IMG/VR virus record: IMGVR_UViG_3300009514_000005
Span: 70,620 to 134,619 of that record
Reading direction: 5' to 3' (one strand)
DNA from: a virus
Length of the DNA stretch: 64,000 bases
The translations under genes were made by a program, and so were the position numbers. The notes beneath the pieces are model-generated. The model did no database searches, was not told the DNA's origin, and saw only the letters and a list, made by a program, of their open reading frames with translations. Numbering within the stretch: the stretch's first letter is position 1; every line of letters starts with the position of its first letter. Shown one piece after another: positions 1 to 10,020 of this stretch.

Positions 1-1470
1 AGCTAAATTTGTGAAAGGGTATGGATAATCGCCATTAGCGATCGTCAAAGGAAGGTCAGATCCACCTTGATTAAAAGTCAGTTTATTATTTGTATTATCA
101 ATTGTAATAATATTTTTTAGCTGGGGATATGCAGCATTTGGAGTTCCGAAGCTTTCGCCAAGTCTTAAGCCTCGAACAATGGTTACACCATCAATAGTCT
201 GTAAAACAGTAACCTTAGTTTTTCCAACAGCAGTTTGCTCAACAGTGGCCCCAACAAAATCAATCTCTTTAACATCTCCATCAATAAGAGATCCATTTTC
301 TTTTACTGCAAGAGGATCTCCGCCTGCACCTCCCCCAAGGTTAAGAAAGGGCCTCCTGTCAATTAAGGACGCGATATTGGTAAGCGTTGTTATATCGCCA
401 GAACCATTTGTTTCAAGGATTACAGTGAGTGCTTCCATGTTTGCAGCAGCAACACTAGGAAGATTATCGTCTTTTATAGCATCAGCTTTGGTGCCATAAA
501 TAGATCCATAATTCACAAACACATTATCAATTGGGCTAATCGAAATCGTGGCTAACTGAAAAGAGTTTGGAGTACCTGAAACTGAAGGAGTAGCAAAAGA
601 ATCATTACCAGAAACACCATGGGCCCCACCAATGGATCCAGAACTAAAACCTATAGTGGTGAGCTGATCATTGTTTACGCCACCGTTATAATCCCCAGAT
701 GCATCTCGAGGAAATTTAGATGAAATAGTTGATGCGATATAAGTATAAACCCTTTTGCCTGCTCGAACTTTTTGAGAAGGAGTAAGAGTAACCCCAAAAG
801 GATCGACTTGGCTTACAGCACCAAAAATTAGGTCATCCCATGGAAAAAAATCATCTAACTTTGTGAAAATGTCTGGAGGCATTAAGCCCCCTTGAAGAGC
901 ATTCGCAAAAGGTGTTAGCCTTGGATAACTTGTGTCATCAAATCCGAAATCACCCTGCACAAGCGGAGTACCAGCACTGGACGGTACGTCAACATGACCT
1001 ACAACTATTAAGCTCGGATCATTATCAATATGAACCCCGTCAACTAATTGCATAAAAGATGAAGTTTCTTGACCGATTACATAACTGACATCAAGAACAA
1101 TATAGACTCTTTGCCCCTCAAGGCCCGTAGCATCTAAATGAGTCTCAGAATTTGGACCGGGAGGAATTGTAACCGCAGTCTGAAACCCATTTGTACCTTG
1201 GTGAACAGCAATGGAATAACCAGAAGACTCATCAAAATTTCCAGAAACATATCCGGGACCAAGAGCAGCGTTTATTTGACCAGAAACAAAACCAGGACCA
1301 ACAATTATGTCACGATTAGAAAGACCACCTGGACTAATCTGAAATCCGGAATAAATACCCTTTCGAGTAATTCCAAAACCCTTTCGGTTTAGCCCGGTGG
1401 AAACATACGGCTCTTTCCATCGCATTTTTACATATTCATTATCGACCGCTGCCTGATTAAATATTGACAC
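1..1470 (-). CDS. Tail fibre / baseplate-attached structural protein (runs off the window edge, >=490 aa)
   Basis: Not in the ORF track. Hand translation from GTG at 1470 (SD-like GGGGTG upstream) is open to position 1: VSIFNQAAVDNEYVKMRWKEPYVSTGLNRKGFGITRKGIYSGF...; Gly/Ser/Thr/Val rich; directly follows baseplate genes. Confidence 0.75.
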   Translation of the reverse strand, partial: MSIFNQAAVDNEYVKMRWKEPYVSTGLNRKGFGITRKGIYSGFQISPGGLSNRDIIVGPGFVSGQINAALGPGYVSGNFDESSGYSIAVHQGTNGFQTAVTIPPGPNSETHLDATGLEGQRVYIVLDVSYVIGQETSSFMQLVDGVHIDNDPSLIVVGHVDVPSSAGTPLVQGDFGFDDTSYPRLTPFANALQGGLMPPDIFTKLDDFFPWDDLIFGAVSQVDPFGVTLTPSQKVRAGKRVYTYIASTISSKFPRDASGDYNGGVNNDQLTTIGFSSGSIGGAHGVSGNDSFATPSVSGTPNSFQLATISISPIDNVFVNYGSIYGTKADAIKDDNLPSVAAANMEALTVILETNGSGDITTLTNIASLIDRRPFLNLGGGAGGDPLAVKENGSLIDGDVKEIDFVGATVEQTAVGKTKVTVLQTIDGVTIVRGLRLGESFGTPNAAYPQLKNIITIDNTNNKLTFNQGGSDLPLTIANGDYPYPFTNLA

Positions 1471-1527
1471 GATTCACCCCTACGTCCTTGTTTAAGCTCC
1501 TCCTACCTTCCAATCTCAAAAGCGAAA

Positions 1528-2040
1528 TTAGAAGTTAACGGATACTAGGTGATTCAGAGTCTTTGAATCCAGCTTAGTCTCGCCAGGGAAAGTTCCATAA
1601 GCGACCATTACATCTTGAGGATCAAAAATTCCTAACTCAAAAAATATAGGAGCTTCCCCGCCAAGAGATGAACTATTTTTTGGACCGTCTGCACCGGCTC
1701 CAGTGTCAGGCTCATTAGCGATTACACCATTTGCTTCGGTGAGATCCAAGAAAGCCCTAAACTGAATCGTTGCCGGACCAATGAAAAGAACATCAGCGGT
1801 TTCGAAAGTTTTTCTGTAATAAAAAATTCCACTAGTTTCAGCCTGAACCTCCGTTAAGGCTGGGTCAGGAGTTACCGGCTCGAGGCCACCTGAGACTCCA
1901 GTATCCGCAAAGGCCCCAGTTCCAATATGGAAATATTGCCCCCATGAATGTAGATATCCAGTACCTGTTACGGCACCAAAAGATTTTGCTAATGCAGCTC
2001 TACCGCCGTTTGTTACTACGGCTTGAATGACGTTTGCCAT
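1528..2040 (-). CDS. Tail-collar/fibre attachment protein (similar to the P2 gpH N-terminal domain type)
   Basis: Starts with VVTNGGRAALAK, ends with FELGIFDPQDVMVAYGTFPGETK; lies downstream of the baseplate wedge genes. Confidence 0.6.
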   Translation of the reverse strand: MANVIQAVVTNGGRAALAKSFGAVTGTGYLHSWGQYFHIGTGAFADTGVSGGLEPVTPDPALTEVQAETSGIFYYRKTFETADVLFIGPATIQFRAFLDLTEANGVIANEPDTGAGADGPKNSSSLGGEAPIFFELGIFDPQDVMVAYGTFPGETKLDSKTLNHLVSVNF

Positions 2041-2134
2041 CGTTACTCCTCCCTGTGAGTTTGATCTTCCATGTTACCCTTAATTTACACTCGGATGACG
2101 TACAAAGTTTACCAGCGTTAATTTCACAAGTCTA

Positions 2135-4783
2135 CTATGTTGCTGTCCCTTCAGCAGTTCCTCCGCCATCCAATGCAATTGTGTCACTTATAGTTATATC
2201 AAAATTTGGTAGAGGATCTCCCAAAAGTCCACCACCTTCTTCACTTATAATACTAATGCTTGGTGCTCCACTAACACTCGTAGTCAAAACTTCGTTGATA
2301 TTGGAGACTGTGCCGATAGAAAGGCTGATCGGAATAATAACCGCTCCAGCATTCCCATCTTCAAATTCAACCAATATTGGAGCATCAGCCGACATGAGAG
2401 AAGTCTCTTGGGCTTCAGCATCCGAATTGGTTCCTATATTAATTCCTTCTAGTAAATCTCCTTCTCCATCAATATCAATATTAATTCCAATACTCGCATC
2501 AACAGAAAGCTCGGCGTCAACGGGCTCAATAGTAGCCAAGCCAGAAATTCCAGAATCAACTCCAGCCTGCTCTCCGACTACCAAAGTCAAATAAGGATCA
2601 ACATTAACCGGGATCTCCATCTGCCCTTCGATATCTACATCGAACTGAGCTGTGAGATTTAAGTTAGCGTCAAGCTCACCGTCAATTTTAACAATTGATG
2701 AGCTATTAGATGCGTTCGGAGTAGCCTCAAGATCTTCATCAAGCTCGTCAATAGAAGCGGTTTCGTTAACTGCAACCGGAATAATTACTGAAGCGATTGC
2801 ATCTATATCTATTTGAGCAGTCAAATTGAGGTCTGCGTCCAAGACTCCGTCAACCTTTTCTAAAGTAGACGTATTTAAAGCTGCAACTTCGATTTCATTG
2901 ATTTCATTTATCTTATCAATTGTTGAAGTCTTGCTGACTGAAACCGGAATAATTACCGAAGCTATTGTGTCTAGATCAATTTGAACAGTTAGATTGAGAT
3001 CAGCATCTAAAATTCCATCAACTTTCTCTAAAGTAGAAGCGTTTGAAGCTACAATTTGAATTCCTATAATTTCTTCAATTTCATCGACTGAAGATGTTTT
3101 TCCGATTGAAACCTGAATAGCAGCTTCACCCTCGCCATCAATCTCTATTGCGGCGGTCACATTAATATCGGCATCCATGATGGCATCTACCGGCTCAATC
3201 TCTGCTTCACTAAAGACATCAACCGGAATGTTTATCTCGTCACCGACAATAATCTGAGATGCCAGAGAAAGATCCTGATCGTAATTCTGATGTTCGTTTA
3301 TCTCTGTTGAAATATTTTGATCAGCGTCAATATCGGATTCGGTTTCTCCATTCATCTCGTCAAAAGAGAAAGATTTAAACACCGATACAGGAATAACCAC
3401 GGTTCCTTCAATGTCTTCTATTTCAAATAATGTCGTCACATCAAGGCTTGTATTCATCAAGCCTTCAACTTGTGACAGGAATGGATCAACCGTTACATTT
3501 AAAGATGCATCGAGAAAAGCATCAACTGATTCAACGGTAACCACTTCGCCTATAACCGGAGGAACCTCTGTTTGTTCTTCAATAGTCTGAACTTCAGAAC
3601 CAATAGTCAGCTCAGCAGTTTGATCAGCTTTTACGGTAAGTTCTTCAATTCCAAATGAAATTCCAGGAGGGCTATTATGAACCTCAATGATAATTTCTTC
3701 CGTATCTTCTTCGATGAAATCAATCGTAAAAGTCTCACCAACGATAGGGCTAAGCACTATTCCGCCTAAAGGAACAATTCCAGCGCTTAAGCTAAGGCCA
3801 GCACCCATGGCGAGTTCTTCATCATATTCACAATCAATTTCTGCCCCGCAAACGACCACGAATTCATTAACGGAATAACCAACCGAAGCTCCGAATCCAG
3901 AGAAGACAACAATGCCATCTTTTTCATCAAGCGGCGTAACATCGGCCTCAACAATATCGAATCGATTAAATTCATTGAAATTGTATTCCTCTATTTCTTC
4001 ATTAATAATAATGGTTACATTCTCGCCAACATCGACTGGAATTTCGACAAGAAGCTGAGGTGGTCTCAATTCATGATGAATGCCAACAACATCAAAAATT
4101 TTATCGACAATAAGATCAAACAAAACATTAAAATCAATCCCAGACTCTCTTGGTTCAATAACTTGAAACTGAACTCTAATATAAGATGATTTAGCAAACT
4201 CATTAGTTTCAGACAGAGGAAGCCCAGGGAAAGATCCTGGCGGCACATCCACATGAAATATAGGAACGGCTCTTGTGTCGGCTCTTTTTGGTTTTAAATA
4301 AAAATGATTTCTAAATGGAATGAATGGCCTAAATTGTAAATCGGCTCTCCAAAAATTAGTTACAAATACATTAAATCCAGATGCAAGACCTCTTACGGAA
4401 TAACCCTTAACGGTTGATTTAATTTGAAGCCACTGAGATGCGTTTCCAACCAATAATCTCTGAAGAGATTCAGGCTCATTCTTATCAACATTTAACCCGA
4501 ATGTTCTTCCCAAAAGGATTAATAAATCTTGCCGAGCCCTATCAGAATCAATGATAGTTTCCATGTCATCAATTTCAACGCGGCGATTGTTAATTAAATG
4601 AGAGTAGGTTTTTAAAACCTTAAGGAGGGGATCTTTATCGTTATCTTTGGTTGTCTCGCCAGGATCTAGCGAAAGGCTTTCATCAAAGTATTCCTCTGGA
4701 AACAGCTCAATAAGCAGATCTCTACCGACATCCGATTTGCCAAAAGGGCCTTTTCCAAAAGTAGATCGACCAAATCCCGCCAA
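2135..4783 (-). CDS. Baseplate wedge protein (P2 gpI / T4 gp7-like N-terminus) with long acidic repeat tail
   Basis: N-terminal LLILLGRTFGLNVD...QRLLVGNASQWLQIKSTVKGY resembles gpI-type wedge proteins; position after the J-like gene; C-terminal half is made of ~56-aa repeats. Confidence 0.65.
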   Translation of the reverse strand: MAGFGRSTFGKGPFGKSDVGRDLLIELFPEEYFDESLSLDPGETTKDNDKDPLLKVLKTYSHLINNRRVEIDDMETIIDSDRARQDLLILLGRTFGLNVDKNEPESLQRLLVGNASQWLQIKSTVKGYSVRGLASGFNVFVTNFWRADLQFRPFIPFRNHFYLKPKRADTRAVPIFHVDVPPGSFPGLPLSETNEFAKSSYIRVQFQVIEPRESGIDFNVLFDLIVDKIFDVVGIHHELRPPQLLVEIPVDVGENVTIIINEEIEEYNFNEFNRFDIVEADVTPLDEKDGIVVFSGFGASVGYSVNEFVVVCGAEIDCEYDEELAMGAGLSLSAGIVPLGGIVLSPIVGETFTIDFIEEDTEEIIIEVHNSPPGISFGIEELTVKADQTAELTIGSEVQTIEEQTEVPPVIGEVVTVESVDAFLDASLNVTVDPFLSQVEGLMNTSLDVTTLFEIEDIEGTVVIPVSVFKSFSFDEMNGETESDIDADQNISTEINEHQNYDQDLSLASQIIVGDEINIPVDVFSEAEIEPVDAIMDADINVTAAIEIDGEGEAAIQVSIGKTSSVDEIEEIIGIQIVASNASTLEKVDGILDADLNLTVQIDLDTIASVIIPVSVSKTSTIDKINEINEIEVAALNTSTLEKVDGVLDADLNLTAQIDIDAIASVIIPVAVNETASIDELDEDLEATPNASNSSSIVKIDGELDANLNLTAQFDVDIEGQMEIPVNVDPYLTLVVGEQAGVDSGISGLATIEPVDAELSVDASIGINIDIDGEGDLLEGINIGTNSDAEAQETSLMSADAPILVEFEDGNAGAVIIPISLSIGTVSNINEVLTTSVSGAPSISIISEEGGGLLGDPLPNFDITISDTIALDGGGTAEGTAT
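2300..3560 (-). repeat. Intragenic ~168-nt (56-aa) degenerate tandem repeats
   Basis: STLEKVDGxLDADLNLTxQID starts at 3037 and 2869 (168 nt apart), with more diverged copies on both sides; boundaries approximate. Confidence 0.8.
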
Positions 4784-4793
4784 TCAATCCTCC

Positions 4794-5252
4794 TTAAGTG
4801 AATATTTGGGGAAAGTTGGCGTAGAATTTATTATTCTTTGAAAATCCTACGGTAAACAAACCATCCCTGGCGTCAAGCTTGCTTTTTGATATTTCAAATT
4901 TTCCAGCGAGTACGTTTCCAGTAGAAGTTCTTGGGATTGTTATGATAACCCGATCACCGTCAAATAAATCCATAAACCTATTCTGACCGTCTGGGCCAAA
5001 GGAAATATTCAAAAAGAATCCTGACCCAAGAATTGGAACCTGAAAATCATCATCCCAAGTTAATCTTCCATAATTAGGACCATAAAAAAATTGCCAAGCA
5101 ATATTATTGGCCGGGATAAGAATGTTGGCGCATGAAGCCTGAAGGGCAAACGTAGATGCATCAACTCGATTTATAAAATCACTATGATCATCAAACCAAG
5201 GATCAGTATCCTCTTCAGGGAATCCCCATTTATAATGCGTTGATTCTGGCAT
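4794..5252 (-). CDS. Hypothetical baseplate-region protein
   Basis: 152-aa ORF with SD, co-directional between two wedge genes. Confidence 0.6.
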   Translation of the reverse strand: MPESTHYKWGFPEEDTDPWFDDHSDFINRVDASTFALQASCANILIPANNIAWQFFYGPNYGRLTWDDDFQVPILGSGFFLNISFGPDGQNRFMDLFDGDRVIITIPRTSTGNVLAGKFEISKSKLDARDGLFTVGFSKNNKFYANFPQIFT

Positions 5253-5261
5253 TTCTCACTC

Positions 5262-7232
5262 CTATGAAGTCTCAGCTAAAACCCCTGTAACCACTAAAAA
5301 TCTTTCTTTTATTACTATAGTTACAATCTTATGTTGAATTATTTCCTGATCAGTAATAATAAGATTTCCGTCCTCGTCCAACCTATCAAGAGGCGATGTT
5401 ATTTCCGCATTCACATATCTAATATCTCCAGCGGAATTGGCATCTCTAACAGCGTTACATAGATCGTAAAGATATAAACTATTTCCAGCGGATCTTCTGA
5501 CAAGAAGCCCAAATGGATCAACAGTTCCTGTTAGAGCATTATTTGTTCTGGAAAGCACATCTTCTTCTTTGGCTGTTGAATTTATTCCAATCTCTATTCT
5601 GATATTTGGCTCAACCAAATTAGGAGTTCCGTCCACGGTATTAACGGTAACTACAGCATCAGCTATCTTTTGCAACGTGTCCTCAGCATCTTGAAGAGTT
5701 TGGCTAGTTGGAGAAATATATTTATTATTTTGATCAACCGATAGAATCACAACCTGAACATTATTTGCTTTACTTGTATCAGACATTGTTTGGGATAAGT
5801 AATCATGGAGCCCAGAAACACTTGTATCGATTAAAAGATTTCCGGCGTCAGCATTTTCCTTAATAGCCACATTATCTTCGCAATCAACAAAATCGGTTCC
5901 GCTCACGCCAAGAGAAGGAATCCCTGATACAATTAGTCCACCTTGTCCAATCACTTGGAGCCCTGGGATACCGGAAACCCCAAGAAACCCTATCCCGGTT
6001 ACATTTCCGCCATTGCATCCCAAAAACTGAGTCCCGCTAACACCTAGGTTGCTTTGACCGTCTACAGCCAGTCCACCCTGTCCCCCAACGTTTAGGCTTC
6101 CGGTACCGGAAACGCCAAGGAAATTGACTCCGCTTACTCCTGTGGCCAAAATTCCACTAACAGCATTATCTACAAGCTCCTGACCTCCACTGATACTATT
6201 AAAGAAAGCCTGAATTGTGAGATCATCATCAATACCTCTCATGATTTGAGCGTCTGCTAAGGTTACACCATTTTGAAGTTCAGCTATTGTGTCATAATCT
6301 TCTTTAACCACTGCGGCATTTTGTGTTCTAAAAAAGGCAGAAGCAAATGTTTTCACCCTTCTAATATCTTCTGGATCTGACCCGACAACGGACGCCTCGT
6401 TCGTGACTGTCATCCCTATGGTTTGACCATTCACAACGAGCTGATCTACTGGTCCCGAGATTTGATTAGACCCAATGGCCCCCTGCAATCCTCTTCCGTA
6501 CCTATAACTCAAGACAATGTTTGAATTTTCAGGAGGAATATTTCCGGTGATTCCATCACCAAATCTAAGCTTTGGTGGATCATCAACAAAAATAACTTCA
6601 TAAATATCTAAAAATTCGAAAGTAAGAATATCCTCCCTGGACCAAAGGTTTCCATCAACCGTGACGGATAAATCATCAGAGTATATAAATCTTTCTTCAG
6701 GAATTCCGATAATACTAAATTGTTGATTTTTGCTTTGATCAGAAACCCACGAAAGCTGTCTACTTTCTCCTTCTTTAAGAGTAACGCTTAGGGTCGTTTC
6801 TCCAACATTAAGCTTAGCTGGAACATCTCCGCGATACTCATAAATGATGTCTCCAGATCCTTGGAATTGAAATCCAACGGGAATCTCAATCGGAAATACA
6901 TACGGAGCGTCATCAAAAGTTAAAACAGCAGAAAGAGAAGCTGGCCTGGCTGGCTCAATTGGCTTACCAAGCATTCTCGCAAGCTTTACGATGCTTTTAT
7001 TTAGCCTGGCAGTATCTAAAAAATATTCACTAGCCCTTCTGTTAACCAAAAAAGCAAGAGCTTGCATTCCAAAAGCAAGCTGATCCATCATGGCATTACC
7101 AAGCTCTGTGTTTAAAAGATTATTGAAATCATCAGGATAGTTGGTTTGAAAAAAATCATTAGCCTCACTGCGAAATGTGGCAAAATCTTCAGCTATAAAT
7201 TTGACTCTATTGAGTTCGTCTACGAGTGCCAT
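5262..7232 (-). CDS. Baseplate wedge subunit (P2 gpJ / T4 gp6-like) with an internal Gly-rich repeat insertion
   Basis: Motifs AEDFATFRSEANDFFQTNYPDDFN, KLRFGDGITGNIPPENSNIVLSYRYGRGLQG, QNAAVVKEDY; follows the gp25-like gene. Confidence 0.85.
   Translation of the reverse strand: MALVDELNRVKFIAEDFATFRSEANDFFQTNYPDDFNNLLNTELGNAMMDQLAFGMQALAFLVNRRASEYFLDTARLNKSIVKLARMLGKPIEPARPASLSAVLTFDDAPYVFPIEIPVGFQFQGSGDIIYEYRGDVPAKLNVGETTLSVTLKEGESRQLSWVSDQSKNQQFSIIGIPEERFIYSDDLSVTVDGNLWSREDILTFEFLDIYEVIFVDDPPKLRFGDGITGNIPPENSNIVLSYRYGRGLQGAIGSNQISGPVDQLVVNGQTIGMTVTNEASVVGSDPEDIRRVKTFASAFFRTQNAAVVKEDYDTIAELQNGVTLADAQIMRGIDDDLTIQAFFNSISGGQELVDNAVSGILATGVSGVNFLGVSGTGSLNVGGQGGLAVDGQSNLGVSGTQFLGCNGGNVTGIGFLGVSGIPGLQVIGQGGLIVSGIPSLGVSGTDFVDCEDNVAIKENADAGNLLIDTSVSGLHDYLSQTMSDTSKANNVQVVILSVDQNNKYISPTSQTLQDAEDTLQKIADAVVTVNTVDGTPNLVEPNIRIEIGINSTAKEEDVLSRTNNALTGTVDPFGLLVRRSAGNSLYLYDLCNAVRDANSAGDIRYVNAEITSPLDRLDEDGNLIITDQEIIQHKIVTIVIKERFLVVTGVLAETS
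5811..6161 (-). repeat. LGVSG-type short repeats inside the baseplate J protein
   Basis: Eight VSG tripeptides in ~117 aa, many at ~8-aa spacing (GVSGVNFLGVSGTGSLNVGGQGGLAVDGQSNLGVSG...). Confidence 0.8.
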
Positions 7233-7600
7233 TAAGCTGCTCTCCCGAAATCTATGGGTCCGGTTTTATCCTCAACGCCCATAACCGAATAAAATATATT
7301 CACAATAATTCTTTTACCTGTTTCCTGAAAAGTAATTTGAAGAATAGTTATATCAGGGATTTGGGTAGATATTGAATTCGTAAGCTCACGAATAATTAGC
7401 GACTCCAGAAGAGGCCCTTCATTCTCAAAAACTTGATCCAATAAGCTCACTCCAACTGTTGGTCTCATAACCCTAGACCTTCTTATGGTCTTAACCAGTA
7501 AGACAATGGCTGACCTATAAACCTCAACACCTCTGGCCCTAGCTGGCAAACCGCCGCCTTCCGTTCTAAAGGGAAATGAAATTCCAGATATTACTGCCAT
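7232..7600 (-). CDS. GPW/gp25-like baseplate wedge protein
   Basis: GISFPFR...IVLLVKTIRRSRVMRPTVG..LLDQVFEN is the gp25-family pattern; stop/start overlap with J. Confidence 0.85.
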   Translation of the reverse strand: MAVISGISFPFRTEGGGLPARARGVEVYRSAIVLLVKTIRRSRVMRPTVGVSLLDQVFENEGPLLESLIIRELTNSISTQIPDITILQITFQETGKRIIVNIFYSVMGVEDKTGPIDFGRAA

Positions 7601-7616
7601 ACACCTATCCTACACC

Positions 7617-9095
7617 TTAATCCTTCCGCTGAACAACGCGACCGTTGTTTTCTACCGCATATCCCTCAGGTATTTCCTGATCAAATTCTAGAACATTATT
7701 AACCAAGATTTTAGTGATTGTTCTGGTCAAGATAACATCATTTGTATCATCAATAATTTTTGCAATTTTATTCTCTGAAAATTCACTTACGTCTTGCATC
7801 GTCAATCTGTTGTCTCCAGAAGAAAAGTCTGCCATTCTGGCTACAAAAAATATTTCATCATAACGATCATCCTTGGCCTCAAGTTGACTTATTTTTTGAT
7901 TAAATACATCAACCGTTAAGCCACCCTGCTCATAGCCGATTCGATCTCCTCCAGACTTATTTAGCCTCTGGTCGATGATGCCAAAGAGATCAAAAAAGCT
8001 CCCAGAGCCAGAGAATGTTCCATCTCCAGCCTGATTAACAGCCCCAAGACGAGCAAGCACTTGAGACAATCTAACCACTCTCTGAGTGCCCCTAGCCGTG
8101 ATAACATCGTCTACAGGAATCAAACCATCATCGCCATACCTGCCAACACCGGATCCGGTTGCTGGAGAATTTTGCCAATTTAAAATATTTTGCCTCTCTG
8201 TGTTAACAGAATCTTTTGCATTACTTATTTCAGATGCTTCGATTCCAATCGAATCATTGGCATTGAGAGGAGCAAGCTGCTTAACCAGTTGATCATCAAA
8301 ATAAACAACATCACTATTTAGAAGTCTTTTAAAAATTTTCATCACCCCAGGAGAAGAGGATCCATTAAGCGTTTCTCTTTCTCCATTGATAAATCCCGGA
8401 TGAAATTCTTGAATCGTAGCTCCAGCCACAGGGTCACCACCTTCGGTATCGATAACGGTTATGACAACATCTTCAGCCGCCTGAGGAGGTGGCGGTGGAA
8501 TTGGGGGAGCCGGAGGTATAATTGTAACGCTCTGAATAATTCCATAAACAGCGTTTCCAGCTCCGTCAAAAATTACAACTCTTTTTCCCGCACTGAATCC
8601 ACCAGTGGATACGGAAGCCGTATTCCCAGAAAAAGCGCTAAAAAGAGTATCGCTCACACCGCTATCGGTAAATCCAGATTTCAACAAGGTAAGGCCAGCC
8701 TTCAACCTAGTATCAGCAGTCACTTCATGATCAGAAACAGATCCAGCAGGATTCCCGTTATTTGACGAGATAAGCTTTGGAGGGAGATTTACCCAAGGAG
8801 GACTAATCGGAAAATGAGGGCCTCCAGCTTGATTAATTGCTGAATCGATTAAATCTGCCTCATCATAAAGAGTCTTGGTCGTGCCGTTGATGGCTTTCAT
8901 CTCTCCAAAATATTGATTAATAATATTGAGACGATTATCAAAAAAGACTTTATCTTCTCCATCTTTTTCAAGAAGCCGATCTCTTTGGGCCTGGAAATCA
9001 TCAAGACTCTCTTCAACATTTTGTATCTCAGTTGGAAGCTGAAGAACCTGAAGGCTAATGGATTCGATTTGTGCATCAGTAAATATAAGAGACAT
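7617..9095 (-). CDS. Hypothetical virion protein, 492 aa, with a poly-Pro linker
   Basis: Long ORF coupled to the spike gene stop; contains PPAPPIPPPPP. Confidence 0.6.
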   Translation of the reverse strand: MSLIFTDAQIESISLQVLQLPTEIQNVEESLDDFQAQRDRLLEKDGEDKVFFDNRLNIINQYFGEMKAINGTTKTLYDEADLIDSAINQAGGPHFPISPPWVNLPPKLISSNNGNPAGSVSDHEVTADTRLKAGLTLLKSGFTDSGVSDTLFSAFSGNTASVSTGGFSAGKRVVIFDGAGNAVYGIIQSVTIIPPAPPIPPPPPQAAEDVVITVIDTEGGDPVAGATIQEFHPGFINGERETLNGSSSPGVMKIFKRLLNSDVVYFDDQLVKQLAPLNANDSIGIEASEISNAKDSVNTERQNILNWQNSPATGSGVGRYGDDGLIPVDDVITARGTQRVVRLSQVLARLGAVNQAGDGTFSGSGSFFDLFGIIDQRLNKSGGDRIGYEQGGLTVDVFNQKISQLEAKDDRYDEIFFVARMADFSSGDNRLTMQDVSEFSENKIAKIIDDTNDVILTRTITKILVNNVLEFDQEIPEGYAVENNGRVVQRKD

Positions 9096-10006
9096 TATCC
9101 AGATACCACCTTGGGACTTCCCGTTGCAATATAAGCAACAATTGGTACTCCCAAATTCCCTTGGCCCACAGCGAAATCACCAACCCTGGCTACCGGCAAA
9201 CCGCCGCCGCCAAGCTGAACCAATGATCCTTGAACCTTTGTTATACCGGAAGCTGCCCCTAATTCAGTTTCAGAAGTTCCGAAAAACTTTGCTTTCGCAG
9301 AAGCCTTAAATTCAATTTCCCCAGTAGCCTCGGCATTAATATTAACAGCTTTTACAGAGGCGTCTTTTGCCGTAGTGACAGTTATATTATCCGTAGTAGT
9401 AATATCGGCGGTTCCCTCAACGTTTACTGAAGCGTTCCCTTTAACTTGTATAGCCATTCCCTCTGGAGTAAAGGAAACTGAATGTTCTCCCTCTTCCTGC
9501 TGGCTTTTAATGGTAAGTTTTTTCTCGCCAGACTCCATAACGATAGATGATTCTTTTCCGTTTTTATCTTTTGAAATTATCTTAATGGCCTCTTTGCCTT
9601 CGTTTTCATCTATTAAAATTTTCGTGCCATTCTTAAAAACCCATCCCCTTACGTTCGGATAGCCATTCTTGAAATCCTCTGGAAGTTCTCCTCTGGCGTA
9701 ATAGCCTCCAAAATACATTGGGTGATTTATGTCTCCATTCTCAAAAACAACCGTTATATGATCACCAACATCAGGAGGAAAGAACTGACCCTTTTCCGGA
9801 CCGGCCAAATCAAATCCAATCGGTTCGGCAGCCTTTGAAAGGATTCTTTCTCTCATTAGAGTAGGGACTTTTATCGTCACGGTTCCTCTTTTTAATTGGT
9901 CTTCATTATTAGAAACAACAATCCCGGTATAATGGCCGTAATATCGTTGGAAATATTCCAATCCAAATTTTTTTAAAATATCTACAAAATCTTCAAAAAG
10001 GCCCAT
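9095..10006 (-). CDS. Baseplate central spike (gpV/gp5/VgrG-type OB-fold plus beta-helix) with a C-terminal PAAR-like motif
   Basis: YYGHYTGIVVSNNEDQLKRGTVTIKVP, FFPPDVGDHITVVFENGDINHPMYFGG; C-terminal LPVARVGD...IATGSPKVVSG. Confidence 0.88.
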   Translation of the reverse strand: MGLFEDFVDILKKFGLEYFQRYYGHYTGIVVSNNEDQLKRGTVTIKVPTLMRERILSKAAEPIGFDLAGPEKGQFFPPDVGDHITVVFENGDINHPMYFGGYYARGELPEDFKNGYPNVRGWVFKNGTKILIDENEGKEAIKIISKDKNGKESSIVMESGEKKLTIKSQQEEGEHSVSFTPEGMAIQVKGNASVNVEGTADITTTDNITVTTAKDASVKAVNINAEATGEIEFKASAKAKFFGTSETELGAASGITKVQGSLVQLGGGGLPVARVGDFAVGQGNLGVPIVAYIATGSPKVVSG

Positions 10007-10020
10007 ATTAAAAAAAATCC

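Noticed and set aside
2300-3560. CRISPR array
   Set aside because: The repeats are in-frame, degenerate 168-nt coding repeats with no repeat-spacer structure; no cas genes are present.
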